Shown one piece after another: positions 48,740 through 57,290 of a stretch of DNA of 64,000 nucleotides (position 1 is its first letter; the number at the start of each line of letters is the position of its first letter). This DNA comes from a virus (taxonomy: Duplodnaviria > Caudoviricetes). The translations under genes were made by a program, and so were the position numbers. Under the pieces are notes generated by a model. It made no database searches and was not told the DNA's origin. It was given only the letters and a program-made list of their open reading frames with translations. The stretch lies in the IMG/VR virus record IMGVR_UViG_2654587994_000003, positions 1-64,000 of that record. One strand, written 5' to 3'.

Positions 48740-49405
48740 TTACTTACGCGCCAGCAACTCACAAACCGCAGTCGAAGGCACGACATAGCCATAGCCAACC
48801 AGCGAGCCTGAGAAGCCAATAGGCGCAGCCATGACGCCAACAGTGATGCCGATCAGGTCGCCGTTGTCTGCGTAGACGGGTCCGCCTGACTGGCCCATCA
48901 CAGTTGTGATGTCTGTCACATAGACCGATTTCCAAGGACCTGTTTCGCGGGACTCGCCAGCGATCTTTCCGTATGCGGCAACGAATTCGATTTTCAGAGG
49001 ATTGCCGTAAGCAACGATAGGATCGCCAACATTCACAGCGTGGCAGGCCAGTTTTGCGACGCCGAGGCCGTCCGACGACGTACGCAGCAGTGCAATGTCA
49101 TTGGCTTTGTTGACCCAGAGGACATCAGCCTTGCGAAGAGCTCCGCCCTTCGCTTTCAACTGAACTTCCTTCGCGTCGCCGACGACGTGCGCAGCAGTGA
49201 CTATGAAGCCATCGCCGATATGAACGCCGGAGCCGTGGCCGTTTTCAAGCTGGATTTTAACGGTGGCTGTTTCTGTTGCTGCGGGTGTTGGTGGAGGAAG
49301 GAGCGCATAGGCGGCCGCAGATGTCGCGGCGATGACGAGGAATAAAGCAACGAGGAATGCTGTTGGCGTACGCCGCGACGCGGCATGCAGGAATCGTCTG
49401 AGCAT
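48740..49405 (-). CDS. Membrane-anchored trypsin-like serine protease
   Basis: GSG, VTAAHVV, DIALL, GQSGGP; N-terminal TM. Confidence 0.88.
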   Translation of the reverse strand: MLRRFLHAASRRTPTAFLVALFLVIAATSAAAYALLPPPTPAATETATVKIQLENGHGSGVHIGDGFIVTAAHVVGDAKEVQLKAKGGALRKADVLWVNKANDIALLRTSSDGLGVAKLACHAVNVGDPIVAYGNPLKIEFVAAYGKIAGESRETGPWKSVYVTDITTVMGQSGGPVYADNGDLIGITVGVMAAPIGFSGSLVGYGYVVPSTAVCELLARK

Positions 49406-49485
49406 GATTATCCCCTCTTTCTGGCGACCGTGCGCCAATGTGGTGGTCTCGGTTGGTTGCCGAGCGGCTGGTGAGGCCGACAATC

Positions 49486-49514
49486 AAGCTATACTGTTTT
49501 TACAAATTTGTCAA
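49486..49514 (-). promoter_or_regulatory. Sigma70-like promoter TTGACA-N17-TAGCTT overlapping palindrome ACAAATTTGT
   Basis: Directly upstream of the leftward operon. Confidence 0.6.
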
Positions 49515-49540
49515 GATTTGCGGCCGCCTCAGAATCCCGA

Positions 49541-49574
49541 TTGACTCTTTAGAGCATGAGAACATAATAAGAAC
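49541..49574 (+). promoter_or_regulatory. Promoter TTGACT..CATAAT overlapped by alphaproteobacterial LexA box GAAC-N7-GAAC (49560-49574)
   Basis: Exact consensus; upstream of SRAP operon. Confidence 0.8.
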
Positions 49575-49577
49575 ATC

Positions 49578-49781
49578 ATGTCTCACAAGATGCGAACACA
49601 AGCAATGAAACAGTACAGATTTCGGGCTGGGCGCTGGATCGTAACAGTGCGCGCGCCGACCTTTGCCCACGCTAAAATAGCCGCCGCAGCAAAGCTGGAT
49701 CAACGGGCAGCGAAGCTTTTCGCTAGTCCGCCTGCATGCGGCTGGAAGCTTGAACGACTAGCAGACACCACCAGAGGATAG
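49578..49781 (+). CDS. Hypothetical protein (SOS operon)
   Basis: First ORF after the LexA box; start may be 49605. Confidence 0.6.
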   Translation: MSHKMRTQAMKQYRFRAGRWIVTVRAPTFAHAKIAAAAKLDQRAAKLFASPPACGWKLERLADTTRG

Positions 49782-49785
49782 TCCT

Positions 49786-49986
49786 GTGCGCCCAAATTCA
49801 AGAGAACCGCAAGCTGATCCGGTTGACCACATCATTGCATGGCATGACGGCGATAGCCGCGCCGCGATTGAGACGCTGATGGAAGACATCCAGCACTTGC
49901 GGCTGCAGCTTGCGCTGGCGACCGCAGCGATGGGAACCGGCTTCACGAGAGGATGGAAGCCGGACGCCGACAGAAATGCCAGGTGA
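49786..49986 (+). CDS. Conserved rhizobial small protein
   Basis: IIAWHDGDSRAAIETL..GFTRGW pattern; GAGG SD. Confidence 0.75.
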   Translation: MRPNSREPQADPVDHIIAWHDGDSRAAIETLMEDIQHLRLQLALATAAMGTGFTRGWKPDADRNAR

Positions 49987-50452
49987 AGGAGCTTATCTGC
50001 TTTCGGACTACGGCGGCGAGCCTGTCGGCGTTATATGTGAGGAATGCGAGCTCCTGAAATTCATTAGTTCGGCCGAGCTAATGGTCGAATTTGGCGACCT
50101 GTCGATGCCGACGATGCTGCGGCGCATTTCCCAAGAAGTGATCAAATGCGCTAGGCCGATGGAGGGCTTTTCAGGCCGCTGCATGCTTCATTACCACGCG
50201 CGCGCCGGCAGTCAGATCGATGCATTGAAACAAGCGACGCCGCCGGCCGTTAGAGTGAAGGAAATTCGAAACTGGGAGATTGTCGTTGCCAAGTGCAACT
50301 ACTGCGGCCACGTTTCAAATATCCCGCACTGGCAACTGAACCGCGCGGCGAAGACGGACACTACGGTGGACGAAATTGCCAAGCGACTGAAATGCAAACG
50401 ATGCAGCGTGAAGGGTGATGTGAAAATCACCATAGCCAAGATGCCGAGGTGA
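49976..50452 (+). CDS. Double zinc-ribbon protein
   Basis: CEEC..C..C and CNYC..CKRC. Confidence 0.7.
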   Translation: MPGEGAYLLSDYGGEPVGVICEECELLKFISSAELMVEFGDLSMPTMLRRISQEVIKCARPMEGFSGRCMLHYHARAGSQIDALKQATPPAVRVKEIRNWEIVVAKCNYCGHVSNIPHWQLNRAAKTDTTVDEIAKRLKCKRCSVKGDVKITIAKMPR

Positions 50453-50454
50453 GC

Positions 50455-51228
50455 ATGTGTAACTTGTATCGCATGGAGGACAAGGACTGGGTCTCGAAAT
50501 GGGCTCAGGACGCCGAAAGCTTTATCAACCTGATGCCGGCCTATCAAATGAACCCCGATCAGATGGGCCCCATCGTCCGCAACACTGCGGATGGCAAGAA
50601 GCAGCTTGTGCATGCGCGCTGGGGCCTGCCCTCACCGATTTTCGTGCAGAAGAAGGCTGCGGAAGCTCGAGCGGATAAGCTGAGGGCCAAAGGCAAGGCC
50701 GTCGATATGGATGAACTCATCCGGATGGAGCCGGACCGCGGTGTGACGAATGTGCGCAAGCTCAATCTGCCTCACTGGACGCGCTGGTTCGGCGTCGAGC
50801 ACAGGTGTCTCGTCCCGGTCACCAGCTTTGCCGAGCCGGATCCGGCAAGCAAACAGGAAGGTGGCAATGTGCCTAATGCCTGGTTTGCCCGAGACGAGGC
50901 AAAATCACTCATGTTCTTCGCGGGCATCCACGTGCCGCAATGGAAAAGCGTTCGCAAGGTGAAGGACGGAATGACCACGGACGATCTCTATGGCTTCCTG
51001 ACCACGGATCCCAATGATCTCGTTAGGCCCATCCACGAGAAGGCTATGCCCGTTCTTCTGTTGACGAAGGAAGAAACCGACGTCTGGATGCGGGCGCCTT
51101 GGGATGAGGCAAAGCACCTCGCCCGCCCACTGCCAAACGATGCCCTGATTGTGCTGTCGCGTGAACCTTATGGCTCAACGATTGTTTCGCGAAGCGGAGA
51201 ACCGGTGGAGCAAGGAAGCCATTTATAA
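50455..51228 (+). CDS. SOS response-associated peptidase (SRAP/YedK, abasic-site processing)
   Basis: MCNLY N-terminus, [23 protein letters not shown]. Confidence 0.92.
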   Translation: MCNLYRMEDKDWVSKWAQDAESFINLMPAYQMNPDQMGPIVRNTADGKKQLVHARWGLPSPIFVQKKAAEARADKLRAKGKAVDMDELIRMEPDRGVTNVRKLNLPHWTRWFGVEHRCLVPVTSFAEPDPASKQEGGNVPNAWFARDEAKSLMFFAGIHVPQWKSVRKVKDGMTTDDLYGFLTTDPNDLVRPIHEKAMPVLLLTKEETDVWMRAPWDEAKHLARPLPNDALIVLSREPYGSTIVSRSGEPVEQGSHL

Positions 51229-51301
51229 CCGGCGGCCGCCGCCAGATGAATGCATGTCAATGAGGAGAGTAAGCCCACTATTCGGATAGAGGAGGAGGAA
51301 G

Positions 51302-51715
51302 ATGCATATTCGCCCCTACATTCTCGAAAATCACGGTGTCTACCCAAAGCGGTTTCTGGAAGATGGCGACTTCTTCGGAGTGCAAAAAGCCATTCACGAG
51401 GATCTGGACGCGCGGCTGATCGCTGAGGTGGATCGAGAATCCGACCTCACCGCCTATTCCGGATACGTCGCGATGGAACTGTGGGCCGATGACGACGACA
51501 TACCGACGGGCGCGAAGATCGAGATGTTGTTCAGTGAACGGAAAGGCATCGCCGCCGTCCTCTACGACCATCCGAAAATATCCGATGCTTTCATTGAGTG
51601 GGTGTTTTGCAACTCGCCCAACGACGCATTGACCAAATGGAAGAAGAAAGTTCGTTGGCCGCTGATGGAAACATCACGGGGGCCGGTCGACATAACCGGA
51701 GAGGCCCAACAATGA
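51302..51715 (+). CDS. Hypothetical protein
   Basis: GGAGGAGG SD. Confidence 0.7.
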   Translation: MHIRPYILENHGVYPKRFLEDGDFFGVQKAIHEDLDARLIAEVDRESDLTAYSGYVAMELWADDDDIPTGAKIEMLFSERKGIAAVLYDHPKISDAFIEWVFCNSPNDALTKWKKKVRWPLMETSRGPVDITGEAQQ

Positions 51716-51879
51716 GCGACCAGACCAGCAAGGCCGGCGACGGCATCCACGAGAATCACTGGTGCGAGCATCCGGGCTGTCGTAAATGGGGTGGTTTCGG
51801 CTTTAGCCGAAATAAAGTTGAGAAGTCATCCTGGCATTGCTGGGAGCATTATCCGTTCAAGGAGCAGCGCGGCGGTTAA
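51712..51879 (+). CDS. Small Cys/His zinc-finger protein
   Basis: CEHPGC..WGGFG..WHCWEH. Confidence 0.7.
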   Translation: MSDQTSKAGDGIHENHWCEHPGCRKWGGFGFSRNKVEKSSWHCWEHYPFKEQRGG

Positions 51880-51911
51880 CGAGCTGCTGCGCCAATCTCA
51901 ATCACTTTTAC

Positions 51912-51936
51912 GGAACGCCCGGCTTATTATCTCGTT
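51912..51936 (+). promoter_or_regulatory. Sigma-EcfG type promoter GGAAC-N16-CGTT
   Basis: Exact consensus 35 bp upstream of the DUF6894-like gene. Confidence 0.7.
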
Positions 51937-51970
51937 CGTCAAATTACAGACGAGAACAGGGATTTAGGTA

Positions 51971-52240
51971 ATGCCGCGGTACTACTTTCACGTTCGAGAC
52001 GCCGAAGGTCTGTCCGTGGATTTCGAGGGCGCTGATTTCGCTAGTGACGAGCGAGCCTGCGACGAGGCGAAGCAAGCTGCAAAAGAAATGCTTGCGGAGA
52101 GAATTCTGAGAGATGAGCTTCTGGACGGCACCATGTTTGAAGTGTTCAAATCAGCCGGCGTTTTGGTCGCGAAAATCCCGCTGATGTCTGTAATGCGTTT
52201 CAAACTTTCGATCAGTCAAAGATTTGACGGTCGCGAGTGA
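51971..52240 (+). CDS. DUF6894-like protein
   Basis: MPRYYFHVRD..DFEG.D..EA..AAKEMLAE. Confidence 0.8.
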   Translation: MPRYYFHVRDAEGLSVDFEGADFASDERACDEAKQAAKEMLAERILRDELLDGTMFEVFKSAGVLVAKIPLMSVMRFKLSISQRFDGRE

Positions 52241-52410
52241 ATCCTGCACCATCGCGAATGTGTAGGCAGGATTGGAGGGCATCGGCTCATGATGATCATG
52301 AGCGAAGAGGACATTCCCGCTTTTGTTGAAGCTTGAGGCGGCTCTGGGAACGGATGAGCTTGAGCGGATGAAACGGGACGAGGTGAAGAAGCAGTGAGGG
52401 GCCGCCGAAA

Positions 52411-52683
52411 ATGATGAGCCTGGCACGTCTCATTTGCGGACTTTTTGCGGTTGTGGCCATCGTTATTTTTATTGGCCTGCTGACGGTAGATCGGTGGTTT
52501 ACCATCGGGGAACGAGCGCAAGGTGATTACCCGACACGGACGCAGGCAGAACAAGCCGAGGCTGAAGCTAGGGCGAGCGCAGCGGCCGCGGAAGCTCGTA
52601 AGGCGGCTGGGAATGCTTTAAAGGCGTCAGAGGAGACAAACGGGCTTGAGCAAATGAAACGCGACGAGGTGAAAAATCAATGA
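52411..52683 (+). CDS. Small membrane protein
   Basis: N-terminal TM, Ala-rich helix. Confidence 0.6.
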   Translation: MMSLARLICGLFAVVAIVIFIGLLTVDRWFTIGERAQGDYPTRTQAEQAEAEARASAAAAEARKAAGNALKASEETNGLEQMKRDEVKNQ

Positions 52684-52729
52684 GCGGTGAAGGGGTAATT
52701 TTCGGTCCTGTCACTGGGGAAGCAAAATA

Positions 52730-53734
52730 ATGCGCTCGATTCTACTTTTCCTTTGTTTCTCGGCATTCTCCTGCCTTCACGCGAACGCCGACGATATTCA
52801 GGCCGGTGGTGAACAGTGGCAAGACCCGACATGCAAAGATGTGGCGCGCGCAATCATCATGACTGAGATCTATCCTTCTTATTCCTACGAGATGCCTCTT
52901 GTGCGAGAAGACGGGACATATCGCCCTTTCATCGAGAGGAAATTTTCACCGACCGAACGCCAGGAAAAGCGGCATTTTGAGAAGGAGTGGAGATCAACTC
53001 CTCGCCTTGGCGTCGAGTGGTCGTCTTGGGACAGATATGAGCCCACCTTGACAAACTGCAAGCTGGTTGGCTCGGAAGTGGACGCGAGAGGCGTGGTAAT
53101 TCACTACCGGATGAACTGGACCAGCCTCCCTTACCGAGCGGAAATGGATGCGTGGGTTTCGCAAGACCATCAGATGTTAACGCGTGTTACACGTCGCTAC
53201 CTCGGCGGTGGATTAGAGTTCCCCGAGGAACGAGTGGCGTTTCTGTTCAAGTATGACGGCCTCTTGATCACCTCGCCACTGAGGAGCCCAAGACCTTCCG
53301 ACAGCCTCACATCTTGCGATCGGGTGAAACGGATGGTTGCGAAATTCAATGAGACGCAAGCCGTCCAAATGACGATGCGATTCGTCAATAATGGCGAAGG
53401 AGAACCTTATTTTGGCCAGTATTTGCACGTTGGCGCAAAGGAGTACTCGCGAGATACAGGATGGCCGTGGGAAGTCCGGGATCGTGTATTCGTCCCTACA
53501 GAGATAATTAACAAATGCAAATTGCTCGGCTTTCAAGAAGTAAATGGCATTGCAACTTCATTGTATGAATACGAAAGGCCAGACCTTCGAGACGGCGAAC
53601 TGCGTATCCTGACCTGGATTTCTGACGAAACCCATCTGCCCGTAAAGGCCCATTTCACACGGCCAAAGCCCGTCGATGGTTTCGAGGTGTACATCACCTA
53701 TGCATTCGACCCGGACGTGAAAGCGCCAATCTGA
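52730..53734 (+). CDS. Secreted protein with internal two-domain duplication
   Basis: Signal peptide; CK..CKLVG.E..WVS vs CD..CKLLG.E..WIS. Confidence 0.75.
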   Translation: MRSILLFLCFSAFSCLHANADDIQAGGEQWQDPTCKDVARAIIMTEIYPSYSYEMPLVREDGTYRPFIERKFSPTERQEKRHFEKEWRSTPRLGVEWSSWDRYEPTLTNCKLVGSEVDARGVVIHYRMNWTSLPYRAEMDAWVSQDHQMLTRVTRRYLGGGLEFPEERVAFLFKYDGLLITSPLRSPRPSDSLTSCDRVKRMVAKFNETQAVQMTMRFVNNGEGEPYFGQYLHVGAKEYSRDTGWPWEVRDRVFVPTEIINKCKLLGFQEVNGIATSLYEYERPDLRDGELRILTWISDETHLPVKAHFTRPKPVDGFEVYITYAFDPDVKAPI

Positions 53735-53872
53735 CACGGCCGCGTGATTTTGACATCCCTGAAGGGCAACTTGCCGCCCCGGATACGCTTGGGTTGCTAG
53801 TGTTGCCTGCCCGCTACAGCATATTTCATCGAGTTGTTGTTTAGTGGAGGCTCAAATTTAGGAGTTCAGACC

Positions 53873-54535
53873 ATGAAAAAGACACTCGCGACCCTGGCTT
53901 TTGTTTTGGCAGCGTCCACCGCTATGGCTGCTGACGCGGTTTCTGAAGTACCAGCAGCGCCTGTTGCTGATGTAGCACCAGCATTCAGCTGGACTGGCTT
54001 CACCATCGGTGTTCAGGGTGGCTACAACTGGAACAACCAGGACATCGAAATCAGCGGCACCGCAGGTAGCTTCTCAGAAGATTTTGACGGCGGTATCCTC
54101 GGCGGCTTCGTTGGTTACAACTATGACTTCGGCAACAGCTGGGTAGTCGGTCTTGAAGCTGATTTCGATAAGAACTGGGCAGACAACACTGCGTTCGGCG
54201 GCGCACTCACCTATGGTTTCGACTGGCAGGGTTCGGTTCGCGGCCGCGTTGGATACGCCTTTGACCGCGCTCTCGTGTACGGTACTGCCGGCTGGGCTTA
54301 TGCTCGCGGCTATGCGGACGTAGCGGGCTTCGGTGAAGAGAAAGAAACCTTCAACGGCTACACCCTCGGTGTTGGCCTTGATTATGCCTTCACGGACAAC
54401 GTTTTCGCCCGTCTGGAATATCGCTACACCGACTTCGGCGACAAGACGTTCGATTTCGGCGGCACTGGTGGCGGCACCATCAACTCTGACATCGATCAGC
54501 ACGCTATCCGTGTCGGCCTCGGCGTAAAGTTCTGA
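53873..54535 (+). CDS. Omp25/RopB-family outer-membrane beta-barrel (moron)
   Basis: AMAADAV signal, FSWTG..G..GGY, RGRVGYAFDR, RLEYRYTDFG, terminal F. Confidence 0.92.
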   Translation: MKKTLATLAFVLAASTAMAADAVSEVPAAPVADVAPAFSWTGFTIGVQGGYNWNNQDIEISGTAGSFSEDFDGGILGGFVGYNYDFGNSWVVGLEADFDKNWADNTAFGGALTYGFDWQGSVRGRVGYAFDRALVYGTAGWAYARGYADVAGFGEEKETFNGYTLGVGLDYAFTDNVFARLEYRYTDFGDKTFDFGGTGGGTINSDIDQHAIRVGLGVKF

Positions 54536-54556
54536 TAGCCATTCGCTATGATCATG

Positions 54557-54585
54557 AAAAGCCCGGCCATAGTGTCGGGCTTTTT
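54557..54585. terminator. Bidirectional intrinsic terminator
   Basis: AAAAGCCCGGC-CATAGT-GTCGGGCTTTTT between convergent genes. Confidence 0.8.
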
Positions 54586-54589
54586 GTCT

Positions 54590-54934
54590 TTACCCAGACC
54601 TCGTCGTCCTTGGCTTCGACTGATTTTCAACAATCCTATCGACGCGCATGGTCATCTTGTCGACGGCGTCCTTCACGGCGCCGATAGCGCCCATGATCTG
54701 CTCCGTCTGCTCGCGAAGGCCGGATTTGGAAACATACGTTTCGGCGACGTGGAGCCTATGGGCGGCAAGCTCTTCCCTCGCCAGAGAAGCCATCGCCGAG
54801 GCCGCAGACGCCGCTGCAGACGCCTCCGTCTTTGCCGCACCGATCTTCGCGTCGACGTACTTCCACAGGCCGAAGAAGAAACCGAAGAGCATCACGAAGA
54901 AACCCGCAACCGCCATGATCTCGGCGCCGGTCAC
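54590..54934 (-). CDS. Holin-like membrane protein
   Basis: N-terminal TM plus coiled coil at end of lysis cassette. Confidence 0.6.
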   Translation of the reverse strand: MTGAEIMAVAGFFVMLFGFFFGLWKYVDAKIGAAKTEASAAASAASAMASLAREELAAHRLHVAETYVSKSGLREQTEQIMGAIGAVKDAVDKMTMRVDRIVENQSKPRTTRSG

Positions 54935-55122
54935 GGTTTCACCCCGCACAGTTTCATCAGCTTCTCATTCTCAGCCAAGATTTGCCGCTTTGTTTCTGGC
55001 GTCATCTGGTCATCGACAGAAGGACGCACCGGGCGCGCGATATCGCAGTAGCTACCGCTTGTCGCGCATCCACTTGCCAAGAGCGTCATCAACGCCAGCG
55101 TCATCCAAATTCCTAATTTCAT
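54931..55122 (-). CDS. Rz1-like lipoprotein spanin
   Basis: LASG-C lipobox; CDIARP..QILAENE..LCG. Confidence 0.75.
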   Translation of the reverse strand: MKLGIWMTLALMTLLASGCATSGSYCDIARPVRPSVDDQMTPETKRQILAENEKLMKLCGVKP

Positions 55123-55291
55123 TTTCGACATCCCCGGCCTTCTTGATGGCCTTGGCATTTGCTGCGGCCTGTTCGTCTTTTGCCGCGGAGCGCCCTGCCC
55201 TCTGGCCATACAAAAAGACGCCCGCGAGGATCGCGAGCGCCGTACCGATTGCGGCTAGATAGCCTTTGAGTTTTGCCCACAAGAGGATCAA
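55052..55291 (-). CDS. Rz-like inner-membrane spanin
   Basis: N-terminal TM; overlaps Rz1-like gene. Confidence 0.72.
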   Translation of the reverse strand: MILLWAKLKGYLAAIGTALAILAGVFLYGQRAGRSAAKDEQAAANAKAIKKAGDVENEIRNLDDAGVDDALGKWMRDKR

Positions 55292-56214
55292 ACCACCACC
55301 TCCTTCCCGCGCCAGCTATTCCAGCGGCGAGCGATGACATCGCGATTGCGATAGGCGACATAGGCAACAGCAGCGACAGCGACGCCGGCGACGATCCACC
55401 ACCATGGAAGGCCTGCCACGAAAGCGAGTAAGCCTGAGCTTGCAGCTGAGCCAACACCCTTCGTGACAGCTTCCCTTGCTGTCGATGCGTCGCGCCGAAG
55501 CTGTGCGAGCGTGGCGGGACCGATGATGCCATCGGCGATCAGGTGTGGGTGCGCCTTCTGATACGCGATCACAGCGGCCTTTGTCTTCTCGCCCATCCAG
55601 CCGTCGATGGCGCCGGGATTGAGGCCAGCCGCAGTCAGCAGCTCCTGCGCTTCCTTCACAACCGGATCAGGCTGGGCGGGCGGCTCGGCGGTAGCCTCCT
55701 TGGTTGCGCTACCTACGCCGGTGTAGATGCCCTTTTCGAAGAGCAGGGCCTCTTCCTTGCGGCGGCGCACGAGACCTGGAAGCTTCTTGCCTTTCGCCGT
55801 GTTGTAGTTGGAGGCAAGATGAGCAGCTGCCTTCTTAATCTGGCCTTTGCGCCAGTAGTCGGCCCATGTCCAATTCATGGCGCCGACGCCGAGATTGAAG
55901 GTGACAGAAGTGGCCGCGTCGAGCTCGTGCTGCTTGCGGTCCGCGGGAGAACCGGCAACGACAGCTGGCACGTACTCAGCGGCGAGCACAGCGTCGAGGA
56001 TGGCATCGCTTTGCGCAGCTGTGATCTTGGTCTTGCCTGGCACGAGCTTCGTGATGCCGATTTTGGCCAGCTCGCGGCGAACGGAATCGCTGCGCATCGT
56101 GAATCCGGTTCCGATCGTCGGAACACCGACAGGATCAAGGTAGGCGGTAAGCGGATTGCCCTCATGCAGGCGCACGAAAGCCCTCCCCTGTGTGGAGATT
56201 TTGGTGATTGGCAT
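55288..56214 (-). CDS. Endolysin: GH24 lysozyme + peptidoglycan-binding domain + C-terminal TM
   Basis: HEG..AYLDPVGVPTIGTG, FNLG, GLVRRRKEE, DGWMG.KT..YQ..DGIIGPAT. Confidence 0.92.
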   Translation of the reverse strand: MPITKISTQGRAFVRLHEGNPLTAYLDPVGVPTIGTGFTMRSDSVRRELAKIGITKLVPGKTKITAAQSDAILDAVLAAEYVPAVVAGSPADRKQHELDAATSVTFNLGVGAMNWTWADYWRKGQIKKAAAHLASNYNTAKGKKLPGLVRRRKEEALLFEKGIYTGVGSATKEATAEPPAQPDPVVKEAQELLTAAGLNPGAIDGWMGEKTKAAVIAYQKAHPHLIADGIIGPATLAQLRRDASTAREAVTKGVGSAASSGLLAFVAGLPWWWIVAGVAVAAVAYVAYRNRDVIARRWNSWRGKEVVV

Positions 56215-56240
56215 TGATTTTCCTTTTTAAGGGAGCGCTG

Positions 56241-56265
56241 GGAACATTAAGGCGGCCTTCGCGTT
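56241..56265 (+). promoter_or_regulatory. Sigma-EcfG type promoter GGAAC-N16-CGTT
   Basis: Exact consensus directly before a two-hairpin unit. Confidence 0.7.
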
Positions 56266-56270
56266 GAAGC

Positions 56271-56338
56271 CGTCGCCATGTCCCCAACTCCATGGCCTAA
56301 AGACCCGCGCACACATCCCCCCGCTGCGCGGGTCTTTT
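56271..56338 (+). ncRNA. Candidate stress-induced sRNA with two C-rich loops
   Basis: GCCATG-TCCCCAACTC-CATGGC, then AAAGACCCGCGCA-CACATCCCCCCGC-TGCGCGGGTCTTTT terminator. Confidence 0.6.
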
Positions 56339-56377
56339 GCTGCTATTGATACAGCCGATACTTGCAGATATGGGAGA

Positions 56378-56459
56378 AGCGCCGCACGTCCCCTGAAACA
56401 GGCTGCGGTATTGAGGCCTCGGCGCTTGCGAGGAGCGACGGGCCTCTTTTGTTTTGTGG
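56378..56459 (+). ncRNA. Candidate sRNA, copy 1
   Basis: 74/82 identical to 57066-57147; two hairpins plus T-tract; TTGATA-N17-TATGGG upstream. Confidence 0.6.
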
Positions 56460-56539
56460 GTTATGGGTGCCGGGTTACGCTGCCTGCTCCAGGGTCATTC
56501 ACCCTCCGTTCAGGCCCGGCACAGCACTATCGAGCTTGT

Positions 56540-56564
56540 GGAACCGAAGTCACAGGCGCACGTT
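56540..56564 (+). promoter_or_regulatory. Sigma-EcfG type promoter GGAAC-N16-CGTT
   Basis: Exact consensus 27 bp upstream of the lipoprotein ATG. Confidence 0.7.
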
Positions 56565-56590
56565 TGATTGCGTTATTGGGAGATAAGATC

Positions 56591-56851
56591 ATGAAGCTTC
56601 TGACCGCAGCAATTGCGCTCGTATCAGTCGGTATTCTTAGTGGATGCGTAGATGATAGCGGATATCGCTCAGGCGGGTATTACTCGTCGGGTGTCTATTA
56701 TCGCTCATACGATAGAGACAGGTATTACCGGGATTACGACCGCCGAAACTGGCGTCACCACAGAGAATGGCGCGATCGGCGGGAAGGAAGGGGTGATTAC
56801 CGCTACCGCCCGCCGCGTGATGGCCAGTTATATGGCCGTCTGATTAATTGA
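56591..56851 (+). CDS. Small Arg/Tyr/Asp-rich lipoprotein (moron)
   Basis: LSG-C lipobox; GGGAG SD. Confidence 0.75.
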   Translation: MKLLTAAIALVSVGILSGCVDDSGYRSGGYYSSGVYYRSYDRDRYYRDYDRRNWRHHREWRDRREGRGDYRYRPPRDGQLYGRLIN

Positions 56852-56874
56852 CAAAGTCTCGTTGTTTGGTTGGC

Positions 56875-56907
56875 CTAAACGGCCGGCCAAGCGATGGGAG
56901 CGATTTC
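56875..56907 (-). pseudogene. Orphan 3' end of a tail fibre assembly gene (EIAPIAWPAV*)
   Basis: Matches C-terminus EIAPIAWPIIL* of 57933..58406. Confidence 0.65.
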
Positions 56908-56950
56908 CGTTCGTATTGACCGTCTTAGTTTGGTCGGACTGCACTGATCC

Positions 56951-57013
56951 GACATAGCCGCCCTAGTGACCAAACATAAGGTCAAGAGCGACGGGAAGCG
57001 TTTCCCGAGCCAT
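56951..57013 (-). pseudogene. 5' remnant of a GH108-type lysozyme (MARETLPVALDLMFGH*GGYV)
   Basis: AGGAGA SD; HEGGY motif with the Glu codon replaced by TAG at 56963-56965. Confidence 0.7.
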
Positions 57014-57065
57014 GATAGTCTCCTGATTGTTGATTTGACGGCGAGACAGTTGGTCACCATACCAG

Positions 57066-57147
57066 AGCGCCGCGCGTCCCCTGAAACAGGCTGCGGCATA
57101 GAGGCCCAGGCGCTTACGAGGAGCGACTGGCCTCTTTTGTTTTGCGG
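57066..57147 (+). ncRNA. Candidate sRNA, copy 2
   Basis: Repeat of 56378-56459 with a compensatory stem change; TTGACG-N17-CATACC upstream. Confidence 0.6.
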
Positions 57148-57290
57148 ATCAGGCTAAGCCGTCGCTAACCCCCTGAATTTTAGTGGGTCATAATTCACGC
57201 CATAGCTGTTTATTTTGCGAAGCGCCGACAATTTTCCGTTGTCTTCAGCATTCCTAATATGTCAATAAGGAGGCGGAAAAGGGGCGTTTT

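Noticed and set aside
56378-57147. Integron attC cassettes or IS/MITE ends
   Set aside because: Direct repeats lacking attC core sites, terminal inverted repeats or target duplications; no IntI or transposase; better explained by a module-swap scar
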